Below, one piece after another: positions 1-17,800 of a stretch of DNA of 64,000 nucleotides (its first letter is position 1; the number at the start of each line of letters is the position of its first letter). The notes under the pieces were generated by a model that was not told the DNA's origin, ran no database searches, and saw nothing but the letters and a program-made list of their open reading frames with translations. The DNA lies in assembly GCA_964016885.1 (NCBI GenBank), contig CAXHJY010001441.1, forward strand, positions 62,001 to 126,000, given 5' to 3'. This DNA is from Eledone cirrhosa. Lineage: Eukaryota. The position numbers were made by a program, and so were the translations under genes.

Positions 1-3000
1 AGACACAAGTGGACACACATACACATCCAGTGAGACACTCACACACATAGACACAAGTGGACACACATACAAATACAGACAGACACTCTCACACATAGAC
101 ACAAGTGGACACACATACACATACAGTGAGACACTCACACACGTAGACACAAGTGACACACATACACATACAGTGTGACACTCACACACATAGACACAAG
201 TGGACACACATACACATACAGTGAGACACTCACACACAAAGACACAAGTGGACACACATACAAATACAGACAGACACTCACACACATAGACACAAGTGGA
301 CACACATACACATACAGTGAGACACTCACACACAAAGACACAAGTGGACACACATACAAATACAGACAGACACTCACACACATAGACACAAGTGGACACA
401 CATACACATACAGACAGACACTCACACACATAGACACAAGTGTCACACATACACATACAGTGAGACACTCTCACACATAGACACAAGTGGACACACATGC
501 ACATACAGTGAGACACTCACACACAAAGACACAAGTGGACACACATACAAATACAGACAGACACTCACACACATAGACACAAGTGGACACACATACACAT
601 ACAGTGAGACACTCTCACACATAGACACAAGTGACACACATACACATACAGTGAGACACTCACACACATAGACACAAGTGTCACACATACACATACAGTG
701 AGACACTCACACACATAGACACAAGTGACACACATACAAATACAGACAGACACTCTCACACATAGACACAAGTGGACACACATACACATACAGTGAGATA
801 CTCACACACATAGACACAAGTGGACACACATACACATACAGTGAGACACTCACACACATAGACACAAGTGACACCCATACACATACAGTGAGACACTCAC
901 ACACATAGACACAAGTGTCACACATACACATACAGTGAGACACTCACACACATAGACACAAGTGACACACATACACATACAGACAGACACTCACACACAT
1001 AGACACAAGTGACACACATACACATACAGTGAGGCACTCACACACATAGACACAAGTGTCACACATACACATACAGTGAGACACTCACACACATAGACAC
1101 AAGTGGACACACATACACATACAGTGAGACACTCACACACATAGACACAAGTGGACACACATACACATACAGTGAGACACTCACACACATAGACACAAGT
1201 GGACACACATACACATACAGTGAGACACTCACACACATAGACACAAGTGTCACACATACACATACAGTGAGACACTCACACACATAGACACAAGTGGACA
1301 CACATACACATACAGACAGACACTCACACACATAGACACCAGTGGACACACATACACATACAGTGAGACACTCACACACATAGACACAAGTGACACACAT
1401 ACACATACAGTGAGACACTCACACACATAGACACAAGTGTCACACATACACATACAGTGAGATACTCACACACATATACACAAGTGACACACATACACAT
1501 ACATACAGACACTCACACACATAGACACAAGTGACACACATACACATACAGTGTGACACTCACACACATAGACACAAGTGGACACACATACACATACAGT
1601 GAGACACTCACACACATAGACACAAGTGGACACACATACACATACAGTGAGACACTCACACACATAGACACAACTGACACACATACACATACAGTGAGAT
1701 ACTCACACACATAGACACAAGTGGAGACACATACACATACAGTGAGACACTCACACACATAGACACAAGTGGACACACATACACATACAGTGAGATACTC
1801 ACACACATAGACACAAGTGGACACACATACACATACAGTGAGACACTCACACACATAGACACAAGTGACACACATACACATACAGTGAGACACTCACACA
1901 CATAGACACAAGTGTCACACATACACATACAGTGAGACACTCACACACATAGACACAAGTGACACACATACACATACAGTGAGACACTCACACACATAGA
2001 CACAAGTGGACACACATACACATACAGTGAGGCACTCACACACATAGACACAAGTGGACACACATACACATACAGACAGACACTCACACACATAGACACC
2101 AGTGGACACACATACACATACAGTGAGACACTCACACACATAGACACAAGTGACACACATACACATACAGTGAGACACTCACACACATAGACACAAGTGT
2201 CACACATACACATACAGACAGACACTCACACACATAGACAGAAGTGACACACATACACATACAGTGAGACACTCACACACATAGACACAAGTGGACACAC
2301 ATACACATACAGACAGACACTCACACACATAGACACAAGTGTCACACATACACATACAGTGAGATACTCACACACATATACACAAGTGACACACATACAC
2401 ATACATACAGACACTCACACACATAGACACAAGTGACACACATACACATACAGTGTGACACTCACACACATAGACACAAGTGGACACACATACACATACA
2501 GTGAGACACTCACACACATAGACACAAGTGGACACACATACACATACAGTGAGACACTCACACACATAGACACAACTGACACACATACACATACAGTGAG
2601 ATACTCACACACATAGACACAAGTGGAGACACATACACATACAGTGAGACACTCACACACATAGACACAAGTGTCACACATACACATACAGTGAGACACT
2701 CACACACATAGACACAAGTGTCACACATACACATACAGACAGACACTCACACACATAGACACAAGTGTCACACATACACATACAGACAGACACTCACACA
2801 CATAGACAGAAGTGGACACACATACACATACAGTGAGATACTCACACACATAGACACAAGTGTCACACATACACATACAGACAGACACTCACACACATAG
2901 ACACAAGTGTCACACATACACATACAGACAGACACTCACACACATAGACAGAAGTGGACACACTTACACATACAGACAGACACTCACACACATAGACACA

Positions 3001-6000
3001 AGTGACACACATACACATACAGTGAGACACTCACACACATAGACACAAGTGGACACACATACACATACAGTGAGACACTCACACACATAGACACAAGTGT
3101 CACACATACACATACAGTGAGACACTCACACACATAGACACAAGTGGACACATACACATACAGTGAGATACTCACACACATATACACAAGTGACACACAT
3201 ACACATACATACAGACACTCACACACATAGACACAAGTGACACACATACACATACAGTGTGACACTCACACACATAGACACAAGTGGACACACATACACA
3301 TACAGTGAGACACTCACACACATAGACACAAGTGGACACACATACACATACAGACAGACACTCACACACATAGACACAAGTGTCACACATACACATACAG
3401 TGAGACACTCACACACATAGACACAAGTGACACACATACACATACAGTGAGACACTCACACACATAGACACAAGTGGACACACATACACATACAGTGAGA
3501 CACTCACACACATAGACACAAGTGACACACATACACATACAGTGAGATACTCACACACATAGACACAAGTGGAGACACATACACATACAGTGAGACACTC
3601 ACACACATAGACACAAGTGGACACACATACACATACAGTGAGACGCTCACACACATAGACACAAGTGGACACACATACACATACAGTGAGACACTCACAC
3701 ACATAGACACAAGTGGACACACATACACATACAGTGAGACACTCACACACATAGACACAAGTGGACACACATACACATACAGTGAGACACTCTCACACAT
3801 AGACACAAGTGGACATACATACACATACAGTGAGACACTCACACACATAGACACAAGTGTCACACATACACATACAGTGAGACACTCACACACATAGACA
3901 CAAGTGTCACACATACACATACAGTGAGACACTTACACACATAGACACAAGTGGACACACATACACATACAGTGAGACACTCACACACATAGACACAAGT
4001 GGACACACATACACAGACAGTGAGATACTCACACACATAGACACAAGTGTCACACATACACATACAGACAGACACTCACACACATAGACACAAGTGTCAC
4101 ACATACACATACAGACAGACACTCACACACATAGACAGAAGTGGACACACTTACACATACAGACAGACACTCACACACAAAGACACAAGTGGACACACAT
4201 ACACATACAGTGAGACACTCACACACAAAGACACAAGTGGACACACATACACATACAGTGAGACACTCACACACATAGACACAAGTGGACACACATACAC
4301 ATACAGTGAGACACTCACACACAAAGACACAAGTGGACACACATACACATACAGTGAGACACTCACACACAAAGACACAAGTGGACACACATACACATAC
4401 AGACAGACACTCACACACATAGACACAAGTGGACACACATACACATACAGTGAGACACTCACACACATAGACACAAGTGACACACATACACATACAGTGA
4501 GATACTCACACACATAGACACAAGTGGAGACACATACACATACAGACAGACACTCACACACATAGACAGAAGTGGACACACTTACACATACAGTGAGACA
4601 CTCACACACATAGACACAAGTGTCACACATACACATACAGACAGACACTCACACACATAGACAGAAGTGGACACACTTACACATACAGACAGACACTCAC
4701 ACACAAAGACACAAGTGGACACACATACACATACAGACAGACACTCACACACATAGACACAAGTGGACACACATACACATACAGTGAGACACTCACACAC
4801 AAAGACACAAGTGGACACACATACACATACAGACAGACACTCACACACATAGACACAAGTGGACACACATACACATACAGTGAGACACTCACACACAAAG
4901 ACACAAGTGTCACACATACACATACAGTGAGACACTCACACACATAGACACAAGTGGACACACATACACATACAGTGAGACACTCACACACATAGACACA
5001 AGTGACACACATACACATACAGTGAGACACTCACACACATAGACACAAGTGGACACACATACACATACAGTGAGACACTCACACACAAAGACACAAGTGG
5101 ACACACATACAAATACAGACAGACACTCACACACATAGACACAAGTGTCACACATACACATACAGTGAGACACTCACACACATAGACACAAGTGGACACA
5201 CATACACATACAGTGAGACACTCACACACATAGACACAAGTGGACACACATACACATACAGACAGACACGCACACACATAGACACAAGTGGACACACATA
5301 CACATACAGTGAGACACTCACACACATAGACACAAGTGGACACACATACACATACAGACAGACACTCACACACATAGACACAAGTGTCACACATACACAT
5401 ACAGTGAGACACTCACACACAAAGACACAAGTGAACACACATACAAATACAGACAGACACTCTCACACATAGACACAAGTGACACACATACACATACAGT
5501 GAGACACTCACACACATAGACACAAGTGTCACACATACACATACAGTGAGACACTCACACACATAGACACAAGTGGACACACATACACATACAGACAGAC
5601 ACTCACACACAAAGACACAAGTGTCACACATACACATACAGTGAGACACTCACACACAGAGACACAAGTGACACACATACACATACAGTGAGACACTCAC
5701 ACACATAGACACAAGTGTCACACATACACATACAGTGAGATACTCACACACATAGACACAAGTGGACACACATACACATACAGTGAGACACTCACACACA
5801 TAGACACAAGTGACACACATACACATACAGTGAGACACTCACACACATAGACACAAGTGTCACACATACACATACAGTGAGACACTCACACACATAGACA
5901 CAAGTGACACACATACACATACAGACAGACACTCTCACACATAGACACAAGTGGACACACATACACATACAGTGAGATACTCACACACATAGACACAAGT

Positions 6001-9000
6001 GGACACACATACACATACAGTGAGACACTCACACACATAGACACAAGTGACACACATACACATACAGTGAGACACTCACACACATAGACACAAGTGTCAC
6101 ACATACACATACAGTGAGACACTCACACACATAGACACAAGTGACACACATACACATACAGACAGACACTCACACACATAGACACAAGTGTCACACATAC
6201 ACATACAGTGAGACACTCACACACATAGACACAAGTGACACACATACACATACAGTGAGACACTCACACACATAGACACAAGTGACACACATACACATAC
6301 AGACAGACACTCACACACATAGACACAAGTGGACACACATACACATACAGACAGACACTCACACACATAGACACAAGTGTCACACATACACATACAGTGA
6401 GACACTCACACACATAGACACAAGTGACACACATACACATACAGTGAGACACTCACACACATAGACACAAGTGGACACACATACACATACAGTGAGACAC
6501 TCACACACATAGACACAGGTGACACACATACACATACAGTGAGACACTCACACACATAGACACAAGTGGACACATACACATACAGTGAGACACTCACACA
6601 CATATACACAAGTGACACACATACACATACATACAGACACTCACACACATAGACACAAGTGACACACATACACATACAGTGTGACACTCACACACATAGA
6701 CACAAGTGGACACACATACACATACAGTGAGACACTCACACACATAGACACAAGTGGACACACATACACATACAGTGAGACACTCACACACATAGACACA
6801 AGTGACACACATACACATACAGTGAGATACTCACACACATAGACACAAGTGGAGACACATACACATACAGTGAGACACTCACACACATAGACACAAGTGT
6901 CACACATACACATACAGTGAGACACTCACACACATAGACACAAGTGTCACACATACACATACAGTGAGACACTCACACACATAGACACAAGTGACACACA
7001 TACACATACAGTGAGACACTCACACACATAGACACAAGTGGACACACATACACATACAGTGAGATACTCACACACAGAGACACAAGTGGACACACATACA
7101 CATACAGTGAGACACTCACACACATAGACACAAGTGGACACACATACACATACAGTGAGACACTCACACACATAGACACAAGTGGACACACATACACATA
7201 CAGTGAGACACTCACACACATAGACACAAGTGGACACACATACACATACAGTGAGATACTCACACACATAGACACAAGTGTCACACATACACATACAGAC
7301 AGACACTCACACACATAGACACAAGTGTCACACATACACATACAGACAGACACTCACACACATAGAGAGAAGTGGACACACTTACACATACAGACAGACA
7401 CTCACACACAAAGACACAAGTGGACACACATACACATACAGTGAGACACTCACACACAAAGACACAAGTGGACACACATACACATACAGTGAGACACTCA
7501 CACACATAGACACAATTGGACACACATACACATACAGTGAGACACTCACACACAAAGACACAATTGGACACACATACACATACAGTGAGACACTCACTCA
7601 CAAAGACACAAGTGGACACACATACACATACAGACAGACACTCACACACATAGACACAAGTGGACACACATACACATACAGTGAGACACTCACACACATA
7701 GACACAAGTGACACACATACACATACAGTGAGATACTCACACACATAGACACAAGTGGAGACACATACACATACAGACAGACACTCACACACACAGACAG
7801 AAGTGGACACACTTACACATACAGTGAGACACTCACACACATAGACACAAGTGTCACACATACACATACAGACAGACACTCACACACATAGACAGAAGTG
7901 GACACACTTACACATACAGTGAGACACTCACACACAAAGACACAAGTGGACACACATACACATACAGTGAGACACTCACACACAAAGACACAAGTGGACA
8001 CACATACACATACAGACAGACACTCTCACACATAGACACAAGTGACACACATACACATACAGTGAGACACTCACACACATAGACACAAGTGTCACACATA
8101 CACATACAGTGAGACACTCACACACATAGACACAAGTGGACACACATACACATACAGACAGACACTCACACACAAAGACACAAGTGTCACACATACACAT
8201 ACAGTGAGACACTCACACACATAGACACAAGTGTCACACATACACATACAGTGAAACACTCACACACAGAGACACAAGTGACACACATACACATACAGTG
8301 AGACACTAACACACATAGACACAAGTGTCACACATACACATACAGTGAGATACTCACACACATAGACACAAGTGGACACACATACACATACAGTGTGACA
8401 CTCACACACATAGACACAAGTGGACACACATACACATACAGTGAGACACTCACACACATAGACACAAGTGTCACACATACACATACAGTGAGACACTCAC
8501 ACACATAGACACAAGTGGATACACATACACATACAATGAGATACTCACACACATAGACACAAGTGGACACAGATACACATACAGACAGACACTCACACAC
8601 ATAGACACAAGTGGACACACATACACATACAGTGAGACACTCTCACACATAGACACAAGTGGACAGACATACACATACAGTGAGACACTCACACACATAG
8701 ACACAAGTGACACACATACACATACAGTGAGACACTCACACACATAGACAGAAGTGGACACACATACACATACAGTGAGACACTCACACACATAGACACA
8801 AGTGACACACATACACATACAGTGAGGCACTCACACACATAGACAGAAGTGGACACACATACACATACAGTGAGACACTCACACACATAGACAGAAGTGG
8901 ACACACATACACATACAGTGAGACGCTCACACACATAGACACAAGTGACACACATACACATACAGTGAGACACTCACACACATAGACAGAAGTGGACACA

Positions 9001-9916
9001 CATACACATACAGTGAGACACTCACACACATAGACAGAAGTGGACACACATACACATACAGTGAGACGCTCACACACATAGACACAAGTGACACACATAC
9101 ACATACAGTGAGACACTCACACACATAGACACAAGTGACACACATACACATACAGACAGACACTCACACACATAGACACAAGTGGACACACATACACATA
9201 CAGACAGACACTCACACACATAGACACAAGTGTCACACATACACATACAGTGAGACACTCACACACATATACACAAGTGACACACATACACATACATACA
9301 GACACTCACACACATAGACACAAGTGACACACTTACACATACAGTGTGACACTCACACACATAGACACAAGTGGACACACATACACATACAGTGAGACAC
9401 TCACACATAGACACAAGTGGACACACATACACATACAGTGAGACACTCACACACATAGACACAAGTGGACACACATACACATACAGTGAGACACTCACAC
9501 ACATAGACACAAGTGGACACACATACACATACAGTGAGACACTCACACACATAGACACAAGTGACACACATACACATACAGTGAGATACTCACACACATA
9601 GACACAAGTGGAGACACATACACATACAGTGAGACACTCACACACATAGACACAAGTGTCACACATACACATACAGTGAGACACTCACACACATAGACAC
9701 AAGTGTCACACATACACATACAGTGAGACACTCACACACATAGACACAAGTGGATACACATACACATACAGTGAGACACTCACACACATAGACACAAGTG
9801 GACACACATACACATACAGTGAGATACTCACACACATACACACAAGTGTCACACATACACATACAGACAGACACTCACACACATAGACACAAGTGGACAC
9901 ACATACACATACAGTG

Positions 9917-12900
9917 AGACACTCACACACATAGACACAAGTGTCACACATACACATACAGTGAGACACTCACACACATAGACACAAGTGACACACATAC
10001 ACATACAGTGAGACACTCACACACATAGACACAAGTGGACACACATACACATACAGTGAGACACTCACACACATAGACACAAGTGTCACACATACACATA
10101 CAGTGAGACACTCACACACATAGACACAAGTGGACACATACACATACAGTGAGATACTCACACACATATACACAAGTGACACACATACACATACATACAG
10201 ACACTCACACACATAGACACAAGTGACACACATGGCCATACAGTGTGACACTCACACACATAGACACAAGTGGACACACATACACATACAGTGAGACACT
10301 CACACACATAGACACAAGTGGACACACATACACATACAGTGAGACACTCACACACATAGACACAAGTGACACACATACACATACAGTGAGATACTCACAC
10401 ACATAGACACAAGTGGAGACACATACACATACAGTGAGACACTGACACACATAGACACAAGTGTCACACATACACATACAGTGAGACACTCACACACATA
10501 GACACAAGTGTCACACATACACATACAGTGAGACACTCACACACATAGACACAAGTGGACACACATACACATACAGTGAGACACTCACACACATAGACAC
10601 AAGTGGACACACATACACATACAGTGAGATACTCACACACATAGACACAAGTGTCACACATACACATACAGACAGACACTCACACACATAGACACAAGTG
10701 TCACACATACACATACAGACAGACACTCACACACATAGACACAAGTGGACACACATACACATACAGTGAGACACTCACACACATAGACACAAGTGTCACA
10801 CATACACATACAGACAGACACTCACACACATAGACAGAAGTGGACACACTTACACATACAGACAGACACTCACACACAAAGACACAAGTGACACACATAC
10901 ACATACAGTGAGATACTCACACACATAGACACAAGTGGACACACATACACATACAGTGAGACACTCACACACATAGACACAAGTGGACACACATACACAT
11001 ACAGTGAGACACTCTCACACATAGACACAAGTGGACACACATACACATACAGTGAGACACTCACACACATAGACACAAGTGGACACACATACACATACAG
11101 ACAGACACTCACACACATAGACACAAGTGGACACACATACACATACAGACAGACACTAACACACAAAGACACAAGTGGACACACATACACATACAGACAG
11201 ACACTCACACACATAGACACAAGTGGACACACATACACATACAGACAGACACTCACACACATAGACACAAGTGTCACACATACACATACAGTGAGACACT
11301 CACACACAAAGACACAAGTGGACACACATACACATACAGTGAGACACTCACACACATAGACACAAGTGACACACATACACATACAGTGAGACACTCACAC
11401 ACATAGACACAAGTGGACACACATACACATACAGACAGACACTCACACACATAGACACAAGTGTCACACATACACATACAGTGAGACACTCACACACATA
11501 GACACAAGTGACACACATACACATACAGTGAGACACTCACACACATAGACACAAGTGGACACACATACACATACAGTGAGACACTCACACACATAGACAC
11601 AAGTGACACACATACACATACAGTGAGATACTCACACACATAGACACAAGTGGAGACACATACACATACAGTGAGACACTCACACACATAGACACAAGTG
11701 TCACACATACACATACAGTGAGACACTCACACACATAGACACAAGTGTCACACATACACATACAGTGAGACACTTACACACATAGACACAACTGGACACA
11801 CATACACATACAGTGAGACACTCACACACATAGACACAAGTGGACACACATACACATACAGTGAGATACTCACACACATAGACACAAGTGTCACACATAC
11901 ACATACAGACAGACACTCACACACATAGACACAAGTGTCACACATACACATACAGACAGACACTCACACACATAGACAGAAGTGGACACACTTACACATA
12001 CAGTGAGACACTCACACACAAAGACACAAGTGGACACACATACACATACAGTGAGACACTCACACACATAGACACAAGTGGACACACATACACATACAGT
12101 GAGACACTCACACACAAAGACACAAGTGGACACACATACACATACAGTGAGACACTCACACACAAAGACACAAGTGGACACACATACACATACAGACAGA
12201 CACTCACACACATAGACACAAGTGGACACACATACACATACAGTGAGACACTCACACACATAGACACAAGTGACACACATACACATACACTGAGATACTC
12301 ACACACATAGACACAAGTGGAGACACATACACATACAGACAGACACTCACACACATAGACAGAAGTGGACACACTTACACATACAGTGAGACACTCACAC
12401 ACATAGACACAAGTGTCACACATACACATACAGACAGACACTCACACACATAGACAGAAGTGGACACACTTCCAAATACAGACAGACACTCACACACATA
12501 GACACAAGTGGAGACACATACACATACAGACAGACACTCACACACATAGACAGAAGTGGACACACTTACACATACAGTGAGACACTCACACACATAGACA
12601 CAAGTGTCACACATACACATACAGACAGACACTCACACACATAGACAGAAGTGGACACACTTCCAAATACAGACAGACACTAACACACAAAGACACAAGT
12701 GGACACCCATACACATACAGACAGACACTCACACACATAGACACAAGTGTCACACATACACATACAGTGAGACACTCACACACATAGACACAAGTGACAC
12801 ACATACACATACAGTGAGACACTCACACACATAGACACAAGTGGACACACATACACATACAGTGAGACACTCACACACATAGACACAAGTGTCACACATA

Positions 12901-14890
12901 CACATACAGTGAGACACTCACACACATAGACACAAGTGGACACATACACATACAGTGAGATACTCACACACATATACACAAGTGACACACATACACATAC
13001 ATACAGACACTCACACACATAGACACAAGTGACACACATGGCCATACAGTGTGACACTCACACACATAGACACAAGTGGACACACATACACATACAGTGA
13101 GACACTCACACACATAGACACAAGTGGACACACATACACATACAGTGAGACACTCACACACATAGACACAAGTGACACACATACACATACAGTGAGATAC
13201 TCACACACATAGACACAAGTGGAGACACATACACATACAGTGAGACACTGACACACATAGACACAAGTGTCACACATACACATACAGTGAGACACTCACA
13301 CACATAGACACAAGTGTCACACATACACATACAGTGAGACACTCACACACATAGACACAAGTGGACACACATACACATACAGTGAGACACTCACACACAT
13401 AGACACAAGTGGACACACATACACATACAGTGAGATACTCACACACATAGACACAAGTGTCACACATACACATACAGACAGACACTCACACACATAGACA
13501 CAAGTGTCACACATACACATACAGACAGACACTCACACACATAGACACAAGTGGACACACATACACATACAGTGAGACACTCACACACATAGACACAAGT
13601 GTCACACATACACATACAGACAGACACTCACACACATAGACAGAAGTGGACACACTTACACATACATACAGACACTCACACACAAAGACACAAGTGACAC
13701 ACATACACATACAGTGAGATACTCACACACATAGACACAAGTGGACACACATACACATACAGTGAGACACTCACACACATAGACACAAGTGGACACACAT
13801 ACACATACAGTGAGACACTCTCACACATAGACACAAGTGGACACACATACACATACAGTGAGACACTCACACACATAGACACAAGTGGACACACATACAC
13901 ATACAGACAGACACTCACACACATAGACACAAGTGGACACACATACACATACAGACAGACACTAACACACAAAGACACAAGTGGACACACATACACATAC
14001 AGACAGACACTCACACACATAGACACAAGTGGACACACATACACATACAGACAGACACTCACACACATAGACACAAGTGTCACACATACACATACAGTGA
14101 GACACTCACACACAAAGACACAAGTGGACACACATACACATACAGTGAGACACTCACACACATAGACACAAGTGACACACATACACATACAGTGAGACAC
14201 TCACACACATAGACACAAGTGGACACACATACACATACAGACAGACACTCACACACATAGACACAAGTGTCACACATACACATACAGTGAGACACTCACA
14301 CACATAGACACAAGTGACACACATACACATACAGTGAGACACTCACACACATAGACACAAGTGGACACACATACACATACAGTGAGACACTCACACACAT
14401 AGACACAAGTGACACACATACACATACAGTGAGATACTCACACACATAGACACAAGTGGAGACACATACACATACAGTGAGACACTCACACACATAGACA
14501 CAAGTGTCACACATACACATACAGTGAGACACTCACACACATAGACACAAGTGTCACACATACACATACAGTGAGACACTTACACACATAGACACAACTG
14601 GACACACATACACATACAGTGAGACACTCACACACATAGACACAAGTGGACACACATACACATACAGTGAGATACTCACACACATAGACACAAGTGTCAC
14701 ACATACACATACAGACAGACACTCACACACATAGACACAAGTGTCACACATACACATACAGACAGACACTCACACACATAGACAGAAGTGGACACACTTA
14801 CACATACAGTGAGACACTCACACACAAAGACACAAGTGGACACACATACACATACAGTGAGACACTCACACACATAGACACAAGTGGACA
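9917..14890 (+). repeat. Direct duplication of ~2,168 bp at offset 2,806 bp (9917-12084 vs 12723-14890)
   Basis: ORFs 9970/12776, 10870/13676, 11748/14554. Shared rare variants ATGGCCAT (10232/13038), CACTGAC, CACTAAC, CAACTGG. One visible difference (CAGACAGAC vs CATACAGAC near 10860/13666). Confidence 0.9.
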
Positions 14891-17800
14891 TACATACACA
14901 TACAGACAGACACTCACACACATAGACACAAGTGTCACACATACACATACAGACAGACACTCACACACATAGACACAAGTGGACACACTTACACATACAG
15001 TGAGACACTCACACACAAAGACACAAGTGGACACACATACACATACAGTGAGACACTCACACACATAGACACAAGTGGACACACATACACATACAGTGAG
15101 ACACTCACACACAAAGACACAAGTGGACACACATACACATACAGTGAGACACTCACACACAAAGACACAAGTGGACACACATACACATACAGACAGACAC
15201 TCACACACATAGACACAAGTGGACACACATACACATACAGTGAGACACTCACACACATAGACACAAGTGACACACATACACATACAGTGAGATACTCACA
15301 CACATAGACACAAGTGGAGACACATACACATACAGTGAGACACTCACACACATAGACACAAGTGTCACACATACACATACAGTGAGACACTCACACACAT
15401 AGACACAAGTGTCACACATACACATACAGTGAGACACTCACACACATAGACACAAGTGGACACACATACACATACAGTGAGACACTCACACACATAGACA
15501 CAAGTGGACACACATACACATACAGTGAGATACTCACACACATAGACAGAAGTGGACACACATACACATACAGAGAGACACTCACACACATAGACACAAG
15601 TGACACACATACACATACAGTGAGACACTCACACACAAAGACACAAGTGTCACACATACACATACAGACAGACACTCACACACATAGACACAAGTGTCAC
15701 ACATACACATACAGACAGACACTCACACACATAGACAGAAGTGGACACACATACACATACAGTGAGACACTCACACACATAGACACAAGTGGACACACAT
15801 ACACATACAGACAGACACTCACACACATAGACACAAGTGGACACACATACACATACAGTGAGACACTCACACACATAGACACAAGTGTCACACATACACA
15901 TACAGACAGACACTCACACACATAGACAGAAGTGGACACACATACACATACAGTGAGACACTCACACACATAGACACAAGTGGACACACATACACATACA
16001 GACAGACACTCACACACAAAGACACAAGTGGACACACATACACATACAGTGAGACACTCACACACAAAGACACAAGTGGACACACATACACATACAGTGA
16101 GACACTCATACACATAGACACAAGTGGACACACATACACATACAGTGAGACACTCACACACAAAGACACAAGTGGACACACATACACATACATACAGACA
16201 CTCACACACATAGACACAAGTGGACACACATACACATACAGTGAGACACTCACACACATAGACACAAGTGACACACATACACATACAGTGAGATACTCAC
16301 ACACATAGACACAAGTGGACACACATACACATACAGTGAGACACTCACACACATAGACACAAGTGGAGACACATACACATACAGACAGACACTCACACAC
16401 ACAGACAGAAGTGGACACACTTACACATACAGTGAGACACTCACACACATAGTCACAAGTGTCACACATACACATACAGACAGACACTCACACACATAGA
16501 CAGAAGTGGACACACTTACACATACAGTGAGACACTCACACACAAAGACACAAGTGGACACACATACACATACAGTGAGACACTCACACACAAAGACACA
16601 AGTGGACACACATACACATACAGACAGACACTCACACACATAGACACAAGTGACACACATACACATACAGAGAGACACTCACACACATAGACACAAGTTG
16701 ACACACATACAAATACAGACAGACACTCACACACATAGACACAAGTGGACACACATACACATACAGTGAGACACTCACACACATAGACACAAGTGGACAC
16801 ACATACACATACAGTGAGACACTTACACACAAAGACACAAGTGGACACACATACAAATACAGACAGACACTCACACACATAGACACAAGTGGACACACAT
16901 ACACATACAGTGAGACACTCACACACAAAGACACAAGTGGACACACATACAAATACAGACAGACACTCACACACATAGACACAAGTGGACACACATACAC
17001 ATACAGTGAGACACTCACACACATAGACACAAGTGGACACACATACACATACAGTGAGACACTCACACACAAAGACACAAGTGGACACACATACAAATAC
17101 AGACAGACACTCTCACACATAGACACAAGTGACACACATACACATACAGTGAGACACTCACACACATAGACACAAGTGTCACACATACACATACAGTGAG
17201 ACACTCACACACATAGACACAAGTGGACACACATACACATACAGTGAGACACTCACACACAAAGACACAAGTGGACACACATACAAATACAGACAGACAC
17301 TCACACACATAGACACAAGTGGACACACATACACATACAGTGAGACACTCACACACAAAGACACAAGTGGACACACATACAAATACAGTGAGACACTCTC
17401 ACACATAGACACAAGTGGACACACATACACATACAGACAGACACTCACACACATAGACACAAGTGGACACACATACACATACAGTGAGACACTCACACAC
17501 AAAGACACAAGTGGACACACATACAAATACAGTGAGACACTCACACACATAGACACAAGTGGACACACATACACATACAGTGAGACACTCACACACAAAG
17601 ACACAAGTGGACACACATACAAATACAGACAGACACTCTCACACATAGACACAAGTGACACACATACACATACAGTGAGACACTCACACACATAGACACA
17701 AGTGTCACACATACACATACAGTGAGACACTCACACACATAGACACAAGTGGACACACATACACATACAGACAGACACTCACACACAAAGACACAAGTGT

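Noticed and set aside
122-128. V(D)J recombination signal (TACAGTG resembles the heptamer CACAGTG)
   Set aside because: The critical first C is missing, no ACAAAAACC-like nonamer sits at 12 or 23 bp spacing, and there are no gene segments.
1-1962. Tail of a preceding third 37-kb unit
   Set aside because: It lacks the markers of 37040-39001 (44-bp monomer, AAGTGTTAC, GGTCAC, CATTGAC) and has a different variant order.
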